DNA from: Eutreptiella sp. 'Long Island Sound 2002'
Taxonomy: Eukaryota > Protista > Euglenida
Direction: 5' to 3'
Assembly (NCBI GenBank): GCA_964036045.1
Contig: OZ038378.1
Coordinates: forward strand, 31,930,001 to 31,994,000
Length of the DNA stretch: 64,000 bases
In this document: positions 1-11,429 of the stretch, piece by piece
Position numbering within the stretch: the first letter of the stretch is position 1
How the letters are laid out: each line of letters begins with the position of its first letter
Program-made: the position numbers and the translations under genes
Notes under the pieces: model-generated
The model's database searches: none
Seen by the model: the letters and a program-made list of their open reading frames with translations, nothing else
What the model was told of the DNA's origin: nothing

Positions 1-2784
1 ATGGTTGTTTAATGTTTCCGGCGTCTATTTTGATGTTTTATGTTTAACGTTAGCAACGGCGTCGGCTTATATTTCATATGTTAATGAATCGGCGGTTGTG
101 TAATATTAAGCGAACAAAAATTAAAGGGAATTTGGAAATACTGATTTTTGTCGTTGTGTCACAGATGCAACAAGTGGAGGAGAGGCGGCAGGCTGCAGCT
201 CTAGCAACAGCTGTGGCAACGGTAGCAGCTCATCCCTAGCAGCGCAACCAGCTGCAGTGCACGGCCCGACGCTGCCTCGTCTGAGCCCGTGTCAGCCAAG
301 GAGGAGCGCCGCATGGCCAAGCGTGTATGGCGGGCGGAGAAGGAGGCCCGTCACAAAGAGAAGGATGATAGGGAGGCAGTAGTCATTCAGAGTCACTGTC
401 ACAGCCCTTGGGGGGGTTTTTAATAGGAACAGTGGGTTTTTAAGCAGGAGGAGGGGGAGGGGGTGCTGGATGAGAATGACTCGGGGGAGGGACAGGGGGA
501 GGGGAATGGTGATGTGGTGCCCGACCCCAACCCCTCCCCCTCTAAGCCCAACCCACAGTGGCTGCAAAATGTCCCGAGCACGGCGTCTGCGAGCTCCCGA
601 AGGCAGGCACAGTGTGTTGCTCTGCACACGCCCTGTCTGAACTGTGCTGGCTAGATGAGCCATCTTTTTCTGACCCCACCAAAGCCTATGTAACCCTTTG
701 GTGGGTTTCTAGGCGTTTAGTTAAATGTCTAGTCCACCGCCATGGGAAGGGGGAATAGCGGAAGGATACCAATATGGGGGGGGGGGGGGGGGGGCTGGGT
801 CTGGGTGCCCCTTGGAGGGTCATGCATGTGCCCCATCGGGAAAAAGTTGCCGTGGGGTCGCTAACCTCACTCAATATCTTTTTTAACCACTAGGAGTAAG
901 CTGTGGGTCGGCACAATTTTTGGTGTGCCTGGGCCATTGGGTAAGGTTAGGGTGGGTGAAGCTGTGGAGGGTAATGAACGCCACCTGGTGGTGTGTCAAC
1001 CGGACCAGCTTGCTGGCCCACGAGCCAGTAATGGTCTACGATCGGGGGGCGCAACATAGCTTGGAAGGTGCGCTGCCGGATGCACGGGGCACCAAGGTGC
1101 ATGCCCGCGGTGCCAACGCTGCCATGGCGAAGATGGTAATGAAAAAGGCCGCAAATGGCAAGAAGGAGGCCGTGGACGCCCCCACCCCGGCCACAAATTT
1201 CACAAACAAGCATGGCAGCCATGCAAGCGTAGCGCCGTGGAACATTTGTAGAGGTGTGGTTATTTTTTTCCGTGCCTTTTTTTTCAATTGGTATTTAGGA
1301 CATTCAGATTAATCTCTATTCGTGTAATGATAAAAACGGCGCCAGCGCTCGCAAATATTGAATGTTAACAGTTACTCTTAACCGAAGGAAATGAACCGAA
1401 AAGTTTCACGAAAAATTTCAAATTTCTTTGAACAAAAACAACGCTTGTCTCCCACTCTAAGGTACGGGACGTTGTATTCCATTGTTGGCACGCTCGCCAA
1501 GTCCTTGTGATATGGATTGACCGTAACAGCAAGCAAATTATGCACGTGGGCAACCTCCACAAGTGGTTGGCGGACGACCCAGCCCCTAGGCTCGCACTGC
1601 TGCGCGGGCTCTGCGAGTGGGAGCACAGGTGGGTGTGCTCCGAAGCGTGTGGCCCGCCACGGAGCTACAAGCCCATGGAGTGGGCCGCGATGATTGAGGC
1701 GGGATATATGGGGGCACAGGACGAGGAGGTTTGCGGGGGGATGGTAGGGAGGGGATTGGAAGCAATGGGGTAGGGGGGAGGGTCCGGCACCACGAAAGGC
1801 CCCGCCCCCGCCCCCACGGGCCCCTCGACCAAACCCAAGCCCCCTAAACACACACGAAAAACCCCGCCACCACCAAGGGCAAGAAGACACCCAAGAGGAA
1901 GAGTTTTGAGTCCCACTCCGATGAGTTGGACTCTAGCAGCCAATCCTCCGGTCCTTCAGCCGGGGCCATCCTCCAACCGAAAAAAACGAAAACCCCTCCT
2001 AGCATCCCCGCCCCCGCGGCCCACAAGACCATGAAGGCAACACTGAGCCCCGAGGGGGGGGAGGTAAATCCACTTAGACCATCAAGGCAACCCGAAACGC
2101 CCAGGAAGGGGGGTCGGGGAAAGAGACTGAGGCCCTGAAGGCAATCCCTAGCGCGCGGGGGGGGGGGGGGGCAAAGAGACCGCTGCGATCAAGGCAAACC
2201 CCAACCCCGAAGGGGGGGTTAAGGACACCGAGGGCAACAAGGCCACCCCCAACCCCAAGGGGGGGGGGTAAAGACACCACGGGCCCTAACGATCCCATTG
2301 TTGGGACCCGCATGCACGTCCGGTACATGGGTTGGAGGTGGGCTCCGTCACCGGTGTTCACCATCACACGAGTGCTGTCATTGGGGTGCAGCAACCGAAC
2401 GACAGCACGCTCTACGAAGTGGTGCGACACCTCCTCTTGGGTTCCGCCAAGAAAGCCAACGCACACCTTTCAGAGGTACGCAAGAAGTCCCCCAAAGCCC
2501 CTCCCAATGCACCGCCCGCCAACCCCAAACCCGAAGCTATCCCTCCAACTAACCCCGAAGACAACAACCAGAACCCCCCCGAAGAGAATAAGAAGACTGA
2601 CCCCCAAGCCTACCCTCCCACTAACCCCACAACGGCACTATACATGTCGCAAATAGCTTTGCTTCTTATGTCCAAATCCCTACCCATTTCCCACAGGATT
2701 TAGCGAAAATACCCGGGTATACGTCGGGATTCGGAACCATCGCCGCCAAAATGCTTAGGATAAATCCCAACCCGAAAGAAAATG

Positions 2785-2950
2785 CTCGGGATATATTCCG
2801 TGACCGCTCGTGATATCGCTTGGCATTTATCCGGGGGGCCGCTCGGGATATCGCTTGTGATTCATCTGGTGGCCGCTCGGGAAATCGCTTGGGTTTTTCC
2901 GGTGGGCGCTCGGGATATCGCTTGGAATTTATCCGGGGGCCGCTCGGGAT
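2785..2950 (+). repeat. ~34-bp subterminal tandem repeats, left end of the TIR element
   Basis: 4-5 copies of GA(T/A)ATCGCTTGGnATTTATCCGGnGGCCGCTCGG. Confidence 0.9.
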
Positions 2951-3414
2951 CCTCCTCAGGTATTTTTGCCAACATGCCTTACCCAATCGGTAGGCGTTTT
3001 CAGAACAGGCAGGTCAGCCCCAACCCATTGAACGCCCCACCAGATGCATTTCCCAATGTGCCCAACCCACCATCATTCCCTTGTTTGACAGATTCTTTGC
3101 TACATAACCCCCACCCTTAACATCTCTTCTCCCTCCACAGGCCCTGCCCAATGTGCGCTGTGCATCACCATTGTTGTTCTTCACAAATGTTTTCTTGATT
3201 GGAGAGCCCCTTAAGTGCCGGCCGCGTCCGATGAAGGAGCCTATTTGTACGGCATTGGAGGGATGGGGGACCATGGACCATGGTAAGGTAAGGTGAGTAA
3301 GCCTAGGACGGGCCACCCCCCTGGTAGAGTCAAACAATGATTGTTGTGGATGGTACCTGTGCATGTGCATGACGCATTAAAGGGTAGGCCACGCGTGGTG
3401 CGGTTGGTAAACCC

Positions 3415-5568
3415 TTGTTTAGGTTACCGTGGGGCTCCGCCCTCCGTTCTATAAGAGAACAGGCGGAGCTCCTTAAGCTTGGTTTCTTGGAGGGACCTGG
3501 TTCCGGGCAGTGTATTATTTTCCACTCGAGGACCCGTATAATACGGCGAGGGTGGTTAGGTTCCAATACCCGAAACAGTTGCCGCATGTGTATCTTTCAG
3601 GTGGTGTAGGTCAGGGTGATTGGTGTACTTCGCTGTCTTCGACAGCGCAATTTTTCGCCCAGCAAAAAGGGCGCTAATCACACCAAACATTGGGAAGAGG
3701 AGATGCAGAAGGACTTCGCCATGAACGACACGTACTCACGTTGCGCCGCAGTGCACTCCTTCCCTCCAAGGCCTTCTTGTTTGCATGTTTGTAGGTGCAT
3801 GCCCCCCCCCCCCCCCGGACAATTTGCTACAAGTCCCCCCATCAGCGGGGACCCTTTCAGTTAGTTAGAGGCACACATACCCCTTAAACCCCTCCCCCTT
3901 GCTCTCGATCCCTTCCCTGAAGCAACCAGCCCCTGACAAGGAAACAAACAAAAGTCACTTAAATACAGGCGGCCATTGACAGCACCGCTTTGCAAATTTT
4001 CATTTTTCATTTTTGGCGAACCATCCTTACGCAGTTGAACAGGTGCTGTCTGATGGCTTGGCGCTTGGGCAGTCAGGTTTCACCTTCTTGCCCTACTTGG
4101 GGGGGAGGAGAGGACGCCCAGGCACCCAAGGGGTCCAAGAGAGCAAGGTGGGCTTGAAATATAAAAACCTTTAAGTTCCTCTCCTACCCTCCTGCTTGGA
4201 CCGACCCCGCCTTCTTGCCCCCTGTCCTCGGGTTCCACACATTTCACGACTTTAATAGGTTAGGGAAGTTGCAGACAATTTCAATTTTGTTGTGCTGTTT
4301 GTGTGAGGTGCTTTGGCGGTGTCTTCACCAGGTGGGGGGGTTTGGTCGCCAGCCGGCTACTCTGCCTCAACGCTGCTGCAGTGCGTGGACGTGGGCGCCG
4401 GTCCCGCAAATAGAGTGTGACCCGATGGTTCTTACGAAACGCGTCCGTATCGCGGATAAGGCGGTAGCTTTATATTCCCCGGGTTTGCCTGCAGCGACCG
4501 TGCCACAGCGAGGTCGACCAGGAAAGTTGGGGCCGTCTTGTGTGGCCGTCATGGTCTGCCCGGACATTTTCCACAACCCGTGTTCTGCGGATGTTTTGTC
4601 CATTGTTTCCGCTGTGTGTTTCTCTTTGTGTTGAATCAAATACTAGACTGATTTTTCAGGGCCTATAGTGTTGAGTGGGGGGACGTAAGAGGGGTGAGCA
4701 GCTGGATGTTTTGCTATTGCATTACTTTTGGATTTGTGCTGGCCATGCCCCAACCTTGTCCTTTCCACACAGCCATGGAATGGATGTTTCAGCAACGATT
4801 GCCCGACTGGTTGTCACCACCATCACCCGCAGCACCCCAACCGCAGCCTCTGGCTGTGACATCCCTGCGCAACCCCCCATCACCCCCATCACACGGGACT
4901 CCGTCACCTATACCCCTTGTGCCCCACGTGGTTTCCCCTCCAACACCACCTTCCTAACTACCCCCCCCCCCCCCCCCGAAATTCGCCCCCGCACATGTCT
5001 CCATCCCGCGCCTAGCCTCGGGTAGTGACCCCCTTACGCCCCGGACTGAAGAGCTCTTGCGGCTACCCCTGCCGAAGCTGGACAGTCGGTTCCACATGGG
5101 ATGGTCACGCTACGCGTTTGCCCAGCGCCGTCGTGGCCAGGTGCACATGTGGCAGCGCGGCGAGCGCCTGAGCAGTTCGCACTTTCCAAACCCCATGAGT
5201 CCTTGTGCGCGATTTTTAACGGCGTCTTTGCGGAAGACCCGCAGCCACGCTTTGTGTCGGTTTCACTCGCGCGGATTACGGTGTTGCACATGCCGGACCA
5301 TGATCACAGTGCCGGGAAGTGTTGGGATGAGGTAGAGTGTGGCACATACACCCGGTGTGTCACACCCCGTGAGGGTCAATTTTTTGACCTCAACTACCAG
5401 CCCCAAGTCCATGAGTCTGGTTCCCTTTGGGCCATTGAGTTCCGCCTCCTCCCCAAACCGCCGCCAGCACCCGAGCCACCGCGGAAAAAGCAGCAGTTTG
5501 TACTTCATCTATGGCAACCTGCCTCGCAGCCACGTCAACCGAGTGGGGACGCGGAGGGGGAGAAATAG
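3415..5568 (+). pseudogene. Fragmented Merlin/IS1595-like DDE transposase
   Basis: Fragments occur in the expected Merlin order: ELLKLGFL..QC..GVLRC (N-terminal Zn-ribbon-like, 3450-3700); LDVLLLHYFW..DVSATIA(DW) with a 1-nt shift (4690-4815); LPKL..AFAQRRRGQVHM (5060-5150); ESLCAIF..FVS..HDHSAGKCWDEVECGTYT (5195-5355, resembles VNHS..D..TG.HT). Catalytic acidic residues are not preserved. Confidence 0.45.
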
Positions 5569-5651
5569 GTGGCGTACTAGGTTTGTACCTCCACTTCCTT
5601 TGCCCCAAGCCCTACGTTGCTTCTGATACCATAGCTTCTCCTCTTCGTACC

Positions 5652-6266
5652 ATGTCCCGCTTCGTATTCGCCTTCGCCGCAAACGCCATGGCCAACCGGG
5701 GCGCCCGTCAGGAGGACCTCCCTGTCGGATGGGCATATTACGTGGGTAATTGGTTTGGCGTGGAGGGCAGCACCAACAGCCTTTACCTTGTTGAACGACG
5801 CAGAGGACCTCTGAGGATGTACTGGTGGTCCTAGGCCCTGCAGGAAGGCACCCCGTTCCTGTGGCAGCGGTGCGAGAAGGACTATGGGATGGAGAGGGAG
5901 TTCTACGAGCGGCTACAAGCAGACCTCATGGGCCTGACGAAGGATGACCTCGCCAAGGCCCGTGATGGGCTTCCCAAGCTGAAGCAGAACTTGGCTACCC
6001 TGGCGGTAAAGGCGAAGAAGACCGTCCACGACTAGCGGAAATCGGGATCGGGGGCTCTGAAGAAGGCGGGTACTGCGTTGCGGAAGGAGCGGGAGCGGCT
6101 GTTGAAGAACTATGCCCCGGGGGCCGAGAAGTTCAACAAGGCGGCCCGGAATGATTTGTTCCTCCGTGGCAAGGGGGCAGCCCGCAAGATGGTATCCCCG
6201 CAAGAAGATTTTCGTCCTCTTGATCTCACTTTGCAGAGCACCGGCATCCCGGAGGTCACTGGTTGA
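5652..6266 (+). pseudogene. Passenger ORF (~204 aa), Lys/Arg-rich helical C-terminal half, two in-frame TAG
   Basis: One frame runs from ATG 5652 (MSRFVFAF..) to TGA 6266, joining track ORFs 5511 and 6078. GC-ending codons dominate. Both internal stops are TAG within CTAG. Confidence 0.65.
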
Positions 6267-6439
6267 GCCCCCACGTCGGCTCACTGCTTTGCCATTCAAG
6301 TCCTGGGCCCTGATGCACCGCCCTTGCCCATGGCGGCCAGTAAAACGAAAAAGTGTAAGGCTGGTGATTCTCTTTGTGATCCAGTTTCCGCTGGTCCTTG
6401 TGTGTCTAAACCACCGGCCAAAATGGCCAAGGTGGAGGG

Positions 6440-6512
6440 GGGATATCGCTTGGGATTTATCCGGTGGCCGCTCGGGAAATCGCTTGGGATTTTTCCGGTG
6501 GCCGCTGAGGAG
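6440..6512 (+). repeat. ~34-bp subterminal repeats, right end, same orientation as the left-end copies
   Basis: Two copies: GATATCGCTTGGGATTTATCCGGTGGCCGCTCGG and GAAATCGCTTGGGATTTTTCCGGTGGCCGCTG. Confidence 0.9.
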
Positions 6513-7019
6513 ATCCCCAAGCATATTCGGAATAGCCTTAGGTGTATCCGAGCACGTTCCTAGGCATCTTCCATTTAAAATCCCCGGCGATTTGGACATA
6601 AGAAGCAAAGCGATGGAGCGACATGTGATGGCACCCCAAGGAGGGGTCACAAAAGGTGTAAGAAATAGGCACCCCAAGTGGGTTTACAAAAGGTATGGGT
6701 GCACCCTTTTGTGCGTGTATGAGGAGGATTAATTTTTTGCGGAAACTATTTAACATGTGCTTGTTTAACATTAATGCCGGCGCCCGCTTGATTTTTAATA
6801 TTTGAAATGTTACTGGAAAAGTTAAAGGCAAATATTAATGCGGAGCACCGTTGTAATGTTTTTGTACATCCACAGGGGTAAAAGCCCCCCCCTCGGCGGA
6901 AAACGGCAGGCAGACGCGCAAGGCACCCCATGGGGTGTGTCCCAAACACCGCCAAAAGCATCTCCAAAATAGGCAATATTCCAATTAAGGTATTAATATT
7001 TACCGAGATATCAAACCAT

Positions 7020-8000
7020 ATTCACTTTAACGTGGGTTTCCAGGGAACACACCCACGCTTTCAGGAAGATGAAGCATGTCCACAACCTTCAGGGAAAAGT
7101 TGTCACCCATCGGGTGCCACGACGGCCAACCCGTCTGGGCCAGTGCTCCACAAGGTTTGTCCACACTTCTTCAGATCTTTTGTCCCGATGCGATACACTC
7201 CGAAAACCACAGCACCAATCTTTTGCACGGACCTCCAATGAGGGCATCTTCAACAATGTCCTCGACGTATAAAGTTTGGAGGAACACACTTTCCATATAT
7301 AGTTGTATGCTAGTGATATTAAGGTCTTCCGTTCCAATGAGAGGGGTATATGCTACTCAAGTGGGGCTGCTTCTCTAAACCTAGTATGCGGTTTGTGGCT
7401 CTAGCGCCGTAAAATTTTAGGGCGCCACCGCCATAGGTTTAGGCTTGATTGCCATGAAAGTTTTTTTGGCTCCCTTGACATCATTTGCCCACAAAAAGCA
7501 GCATCAACATCGTGCTGCAAGAATTTCGAGGGGACATTGGTGCAATGGTCCATGTCCTAGAATGCACCTACTTTGTTTCGAAACGTAAATCCTCTTCCGG
7601 GGGGAGGAGTAATGTGTTTATTGTGCCGCCCTTACTTCCACTCGGTTGGGAGAGGTATACGTTGACCGCTAGCCACTACTGCGATCAAACGTCACCGATG
7701 TGCTTTGCAATAACAGTCGTAAAATAGCCGCTGCTTTTTGACTTCTTTGTTGAACCCTTGGGGGATAGTGGGTGGGAGATGCTCTGTTCTACGCTCCCCC
7801 AGCAGATGGGAATAAGAGATTGCCACCCTACGCTACAATATGTGTTGAGTAGTGTGTCGGCAAGTCTTCAATTGGCTGTTCTGTATCTAACACATAGGTC
7901 TCCAACAGCGGGCTGAGTGTGTTGAGGTGGAGGGGCTCGTCCACTTGCACTTTGGTGGCGACAAGATGATTGCCCCCTTGTTGCAAGGGGGTGGGGAAGG
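7020..8000 (-). pseudogene. Unassigned protein family X, copy 1 (frameshifted)
   Basis: Manual translation gives LPTEWK*GRHNKHITPPPGRGFTFRNKVGAF..HC..PS..VDAAFCG, then NFIRR and GAVVFGVYRIGTKDLKKCGQTLW. These blocks are colinear with 28470-30200. Confidence 0.5.
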
Positions 8001-8164
8001 GTTCTCAGAAATCTGACAGTGGGGGAGGGTTTGGAACACCCCGCCCCTTTTTTAAAAATCGCCTGTGTTTTCGACACACTCACACCATTTCTGCGAACAT
8101 TTTTTGGTGGTATTCTTTTGGACGGCACATGCAAAGTTTTGTCCTTGCCCCCAATTCAGCCCCT

Positions 8165-8600
8165 TTGATTCTGTCTTCTTAGCTAGGGACCCCCGGCATG
8201 CAAGGGTAACGTAGCCTTTCCGCCCTTCTTTGGGCTCCCACGAAGGTAGCGTTGTGGTGCCCACTTCTTATTTTGTCCCCCTTGTTTTGGGGATCCCCGA
8301 GAATGCAGGGGTGATGTAGCATTTCCGCCCACTTGTTGGCCCTCGAGAAGGCAAGGGTGACGCAGCCACTTCTGACTTTGTCCCCCTTTGTTTGGGGATC
8401 CCTGAGTATGTAGGGGTGACTTAGCATTTTCGCCCACTTGTGGGCCCCCGAGGACGCAGCGGTGAGGTGCCCGATTCTGATTTCGTCCCCCTTTATTTTG
8501 GGGAGCCTCGAGAATGCAGGGGTGACGTAGCATTTCCGCCCACTTGTGGGCCCCCAAGAGGGCAAGGGTGGGGCAACCACTCCTGATTTTGTTCCCATTT
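8165..8600. repeat. ~105-bp tandem repeat, about 4 copies
   Basis: Recurring TGATTTTGTCCCCC..TTGGGGA..GAATGCAGGGGTGACGTAGCATTTCCGCCCACTTGTGGGCCC. Related to 35570-35900. Confidence 0.85.
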
Positions 8601-8647
8601 GTTGGGGAACACATTTTGCCTCCCCTTTTCTTTCTTTTTTTTTACCC

Positions 8648-8980
8648 CCACGCTTTGTTGCGTGGCCCCTCGAGTTGGGGTTAGGGTCTCACAAACCACG
8701 CTTTTTTGCGCGGCCCTTCGAGTTGGGGTTAGGGACTCACAATCCATGCCATTTTGCCTGGCCCCTCGAGGTGGTGTTAGGGACTCGCAACCGTCGCTTT
8801 TTTGCGTGCCTCCTCGAGTTGGCGTTAGGGACTCACAATCCACCCTTTGTTGCGTGGCCCCTCGAGTTGTGGTTAGGGACTCACAGTCCACGCTTTGTTG
8901 CGATGCCGCTCGAGTTGGGATTAGGGACTCGCAAAGCACTCTTTTTTGCTTGGCCCCTTGAGTTCGCGTTAGGTACTCTC
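8648..8980. repeat. 48-bp tandem repeat, 7 copies
   Basis: Unit CCACGCTTTGTTGCGTGGCCCCTCGAGTTGGGGTTAGGGACTCACAAT. Unit starts at 8648 and 8696. Each unit has one TTAGGG-like motif. Confidence 0.95.
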
Positions 8981-9216
8981 AATTTATTTATCTTTCTTGC
9001 GAACAACTTCTGATTTTGCTCCCTTTGTTGGTCGTTTTGCCTTTTTTTTTTGCTCGTATGCATGTGGTTATTTAGGTAAGTGGTCGCAGGGGCGGTCCCC
9101 CTAATGATCCCCCCGACAACACTCGCCGCAACGTGATGGGAGTCGGCCCCATTTGTTGCATTTTGTTGCTCTTTTGGCATCCCTTTGTGCTATTGCATTT
9201 CCATGCTTCATACAAC

Positions 9217-9683
9217 ATGGCACCAAACACCGTTGATTTGATGGAATGGGTTGTAGTGAGCCAGGACGATGAGAAAGGAAAGGGCGAGCCAACAAAAGTC
9301 CCCATGGTGATGAAGCCCAAGCTCCCTTGGAAAGTGGCAAAGGCGGTCGTCAACGAGCCTGCGTCCTTCTGTGAAGCCTTTCTTGGCCTCTCCAATTAGG
9401 ACCGGAAACCGGAGGAGGATGCAAGCTCTGCGGAATCTGGGTGTTCCGCAGATCATGCTTCGTCCAGCGGCAACGAGAGTTCCGCAACTTCCTAAGACGG
9501 TAATAGCTCCTCTTCTTCCTCATCATCTTCTTCTTCTACCTCTTCTTCCGGGGTGGAAGTTCTCCCCCAAAAGAAAGCTGTGCCGGTACGGGCACAAAGG
9601 GGCCCGTCACCACTCCGAAGCAAAGTGCTAAGAAGTGTTGCACGGTGAAGACGTCAGGGCGGAAGAAGTAGGCGGAGCTACAT

Positions 9684-9690
<7 letters not shown>
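9217..9690 (+). pseudogene. Degenerate ORF with Ser-rich and basic tail, unknown function
   Basis: MAPNTVDLMEWVVVSQDDEKGK..FLGLSN*DRKPEEDASSAESG.. continues in frame through TAG and TAA. Confidence 0.45.

Positions 9691-9738
<48 letters not shown>
9684..9738. repeat. (CA)n microsatellite
   Basis: Pure CA dinucleotide run of about 55 bp. Confidence 0.98.
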
Positions 9739-9743
<5 letters not shown>

Positions 9744-9957
9744 CAAACAGATACCTCCACCACCCCCTACACCTCCTCGCTCTCCCTCTCCTTCCCTTGT
9801 AGTAGCATGCACACTAGGACGGTAAGGCCTACATAATGGCGCGGGGAGGGAGGGCTGGCCCGCCATAGCCTTAAGGGCCTCCCGGGTTGCGTCGGCCGAC
9901 CAGTATAGTCACACACACACCCCTTCTTTTATGCCCTCCCCTTGACGCATTTCCCAC

Positions 9958-10075
9958 CCCATGGTGTATTTCTAACCCCATGATGCAACCCGAACCCCAT
10001 GACCGACTCTCATGCGCGTCAACCCCCATGCTGCAATTCTAACTCCATGGTGTATTTCGAACGCCATGACCGCCC
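9958..10075. repeat. Degenerate ~19-bp tandem repeat
   Basis: Recurring CCCATG..(TTTC)(T/G)AAC units. Confidence 0.6.
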
Positions 10076-10440
10076 CGGAGACCCACAGTCTTGAGGTTTC
10101 TGGTACCCACGGCCGAAAATGCCCAAGCTGATGAAATCCTACCATAGATGTTGGTAGGGGCGGTGCGAACAGCCGCATCGCAGCCGGGCCGCATACCAAA
10201 CTGTTCACAGGTGCCCGACACTATGTATTTCATTGGGGTGGGGGGTTTGGGGGCCGGGGTGCCTTTCCCGCGGATAGTACCCCCGCGCAGCGAAATACCA
10301 CCTTAAACCCCCCCCCAAAGCCCCCCTTTTTCAATTTGGCTCCGGGGGGGGTTTAAAGCATGATATCCGATTACTAAGAAAACCACCCCCTGCCTTGTTG
10401 GTTGTTTGAGGCACATTAAATTAGCAAAATATGGCACCCC

Positions 10441-10833
10441 GTGGTGGCAAACGAGCTCCGCAAAGTCAAGTACACAACAACCCCAACACCGAGGACCACG
10501 GCATTGTTGCTGATAGAAGGGCCTCAGAAGCGGATACAACAGTGGACCTTATGTCCATGTAATGAGCAGGATTCCCCTTGTGCAATGGTTGCAGACAAGC
10601 ATGTGCACAACGAAATGGATGAGGGAGACGACAAGAGTCCGGCACTCGAGGAAGACGAAGTTGACATCTTGGATGCCTGTGCACCAAAGTACGTGAGGCA
10701 TCCCGGAAATGAGGGCAAGGAGACCGAGGATGCTGAGGAGTACACTAACGCCGCCTTGAAGCTGTTAGTTGAACCCGCGGCCACAAGACTGCAGCAGACA
10801 ACTCTGCCGCCATGTGCTATCACAACGCAATAA
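10441..10833 (+). pseudogene. Acidic ORF fragment, unknown function
   Basis: Protein-like composition (EMDEGDDKSPALEEDEVDILDAC..). No family recognised. Confidence 0.3.
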
Positions 10834-11429
10834 CTAATCATGTGGTGTCCCCGTGCTACCCCCCCCCCCCCAAAGTTGAGTGTGCCCTCCCCCCTAAAAT
10901 AATAAAACAACCGTCACATGCCTCCTCGACAGCAAAAATATTCGACCACCCTGTTTCCTCCCAATCACCATCGAACAAAAGTTGGCGTTGGGTTCCTGGC
11001 CACAAATGTTGCCAAGGAAGGGTGGGCTCGAAACCCACCCCATAATGAGGTTTTATTGTATGGCTAAATTACCAGACCACAATTATAGGAGGTGTTTATG
11101 GTGTTAAAATAAGTGTATAGGAACTATCACGGGCCCCCGGGGGGGCCAAGGGGATTTTTTTTTTTGGGCAGGAACCCCCCCAGGAATCCCTTCCTAGACC
11201 CTTCCTAGACCCTTGCTAGCCCCCTTCCTAGTAGGAATACCCCTTGCTAGACCCTTGTTGGACCCCCTCGTGCCTGGGAACTGCCCCCTTCCTACCTGGG
11301 AACCCCCCTTCCTATGACCCTTCGTATGCATGCAAGGTGTCTTTTCTGTCGCCATGTCCGACCATCCTTTCGCCACTGGTTGGGTCAAGGCTGTCGCAAT
11401 CTCCACTGGCACAGCTGGTTGCTCCCTTC

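Larger units (their letters stand above)
2641..6627 (+). mobile_element. Class II TIR transposon, 3,987 bp, probably Merlin/IS1595-like
   Basis: Left end TACATGTCGCAAATAGCTTTGCTTCTTATGTCCAAATC (2641-2678) matches the reverse complement of 6589-6627 (CACATGTCGCTCCATCGCTTTGCTTCTTATGTCCAAATC). Imperfect 9-bp flanks: ACGGCACTA (2632-2640) and ATGGCACCC (6628-6636). Excision restores the host reading frame. Confidence 0.8.
165..6975 (+). pseudogene. Multi-exon gene remnant of unknown function, split by the TIR element at 2641-6627
   Basis: GC-rich protein-like blocks (165-760, ~1030-1228, 1462-2640, 6628-6692, 6876-~6975) alternate with AT-rich intron-like blocks ending TGTCACAG (164), CACTCTAAG (1461) and CATCCACAG (6875). 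GT donors sit at 1229 and 6693. Splicing 1229-1461 joins ORFs 920 and 1507 in phase. Removing 2641-6627 plus one TSD copy rejoins ...PPTNPT-(TA)-PQGGVTKGVRNRHPKW in frame. In-frame TAG at 1771. Confidence 0.45.

Noticed and set aside
7089-7337. VLTF3-like match in ORF 7089-7337 (SLAYNYIWKVC)
   Set aside because: Homology with 28470-30200 maps to a different frame over most of this stretch, so this translation is probably off-frame.
8648-8980. Interstitial telomere
   Set aside because: Only one TTAGGG per 48-bp unit, not tandem hexamers.
8493-9013. Real proteins in ORFs over the 48-bp array
   Set aside because: A period divisible by three leaves several frames open on both strands; there is no sign of codon-level selection.
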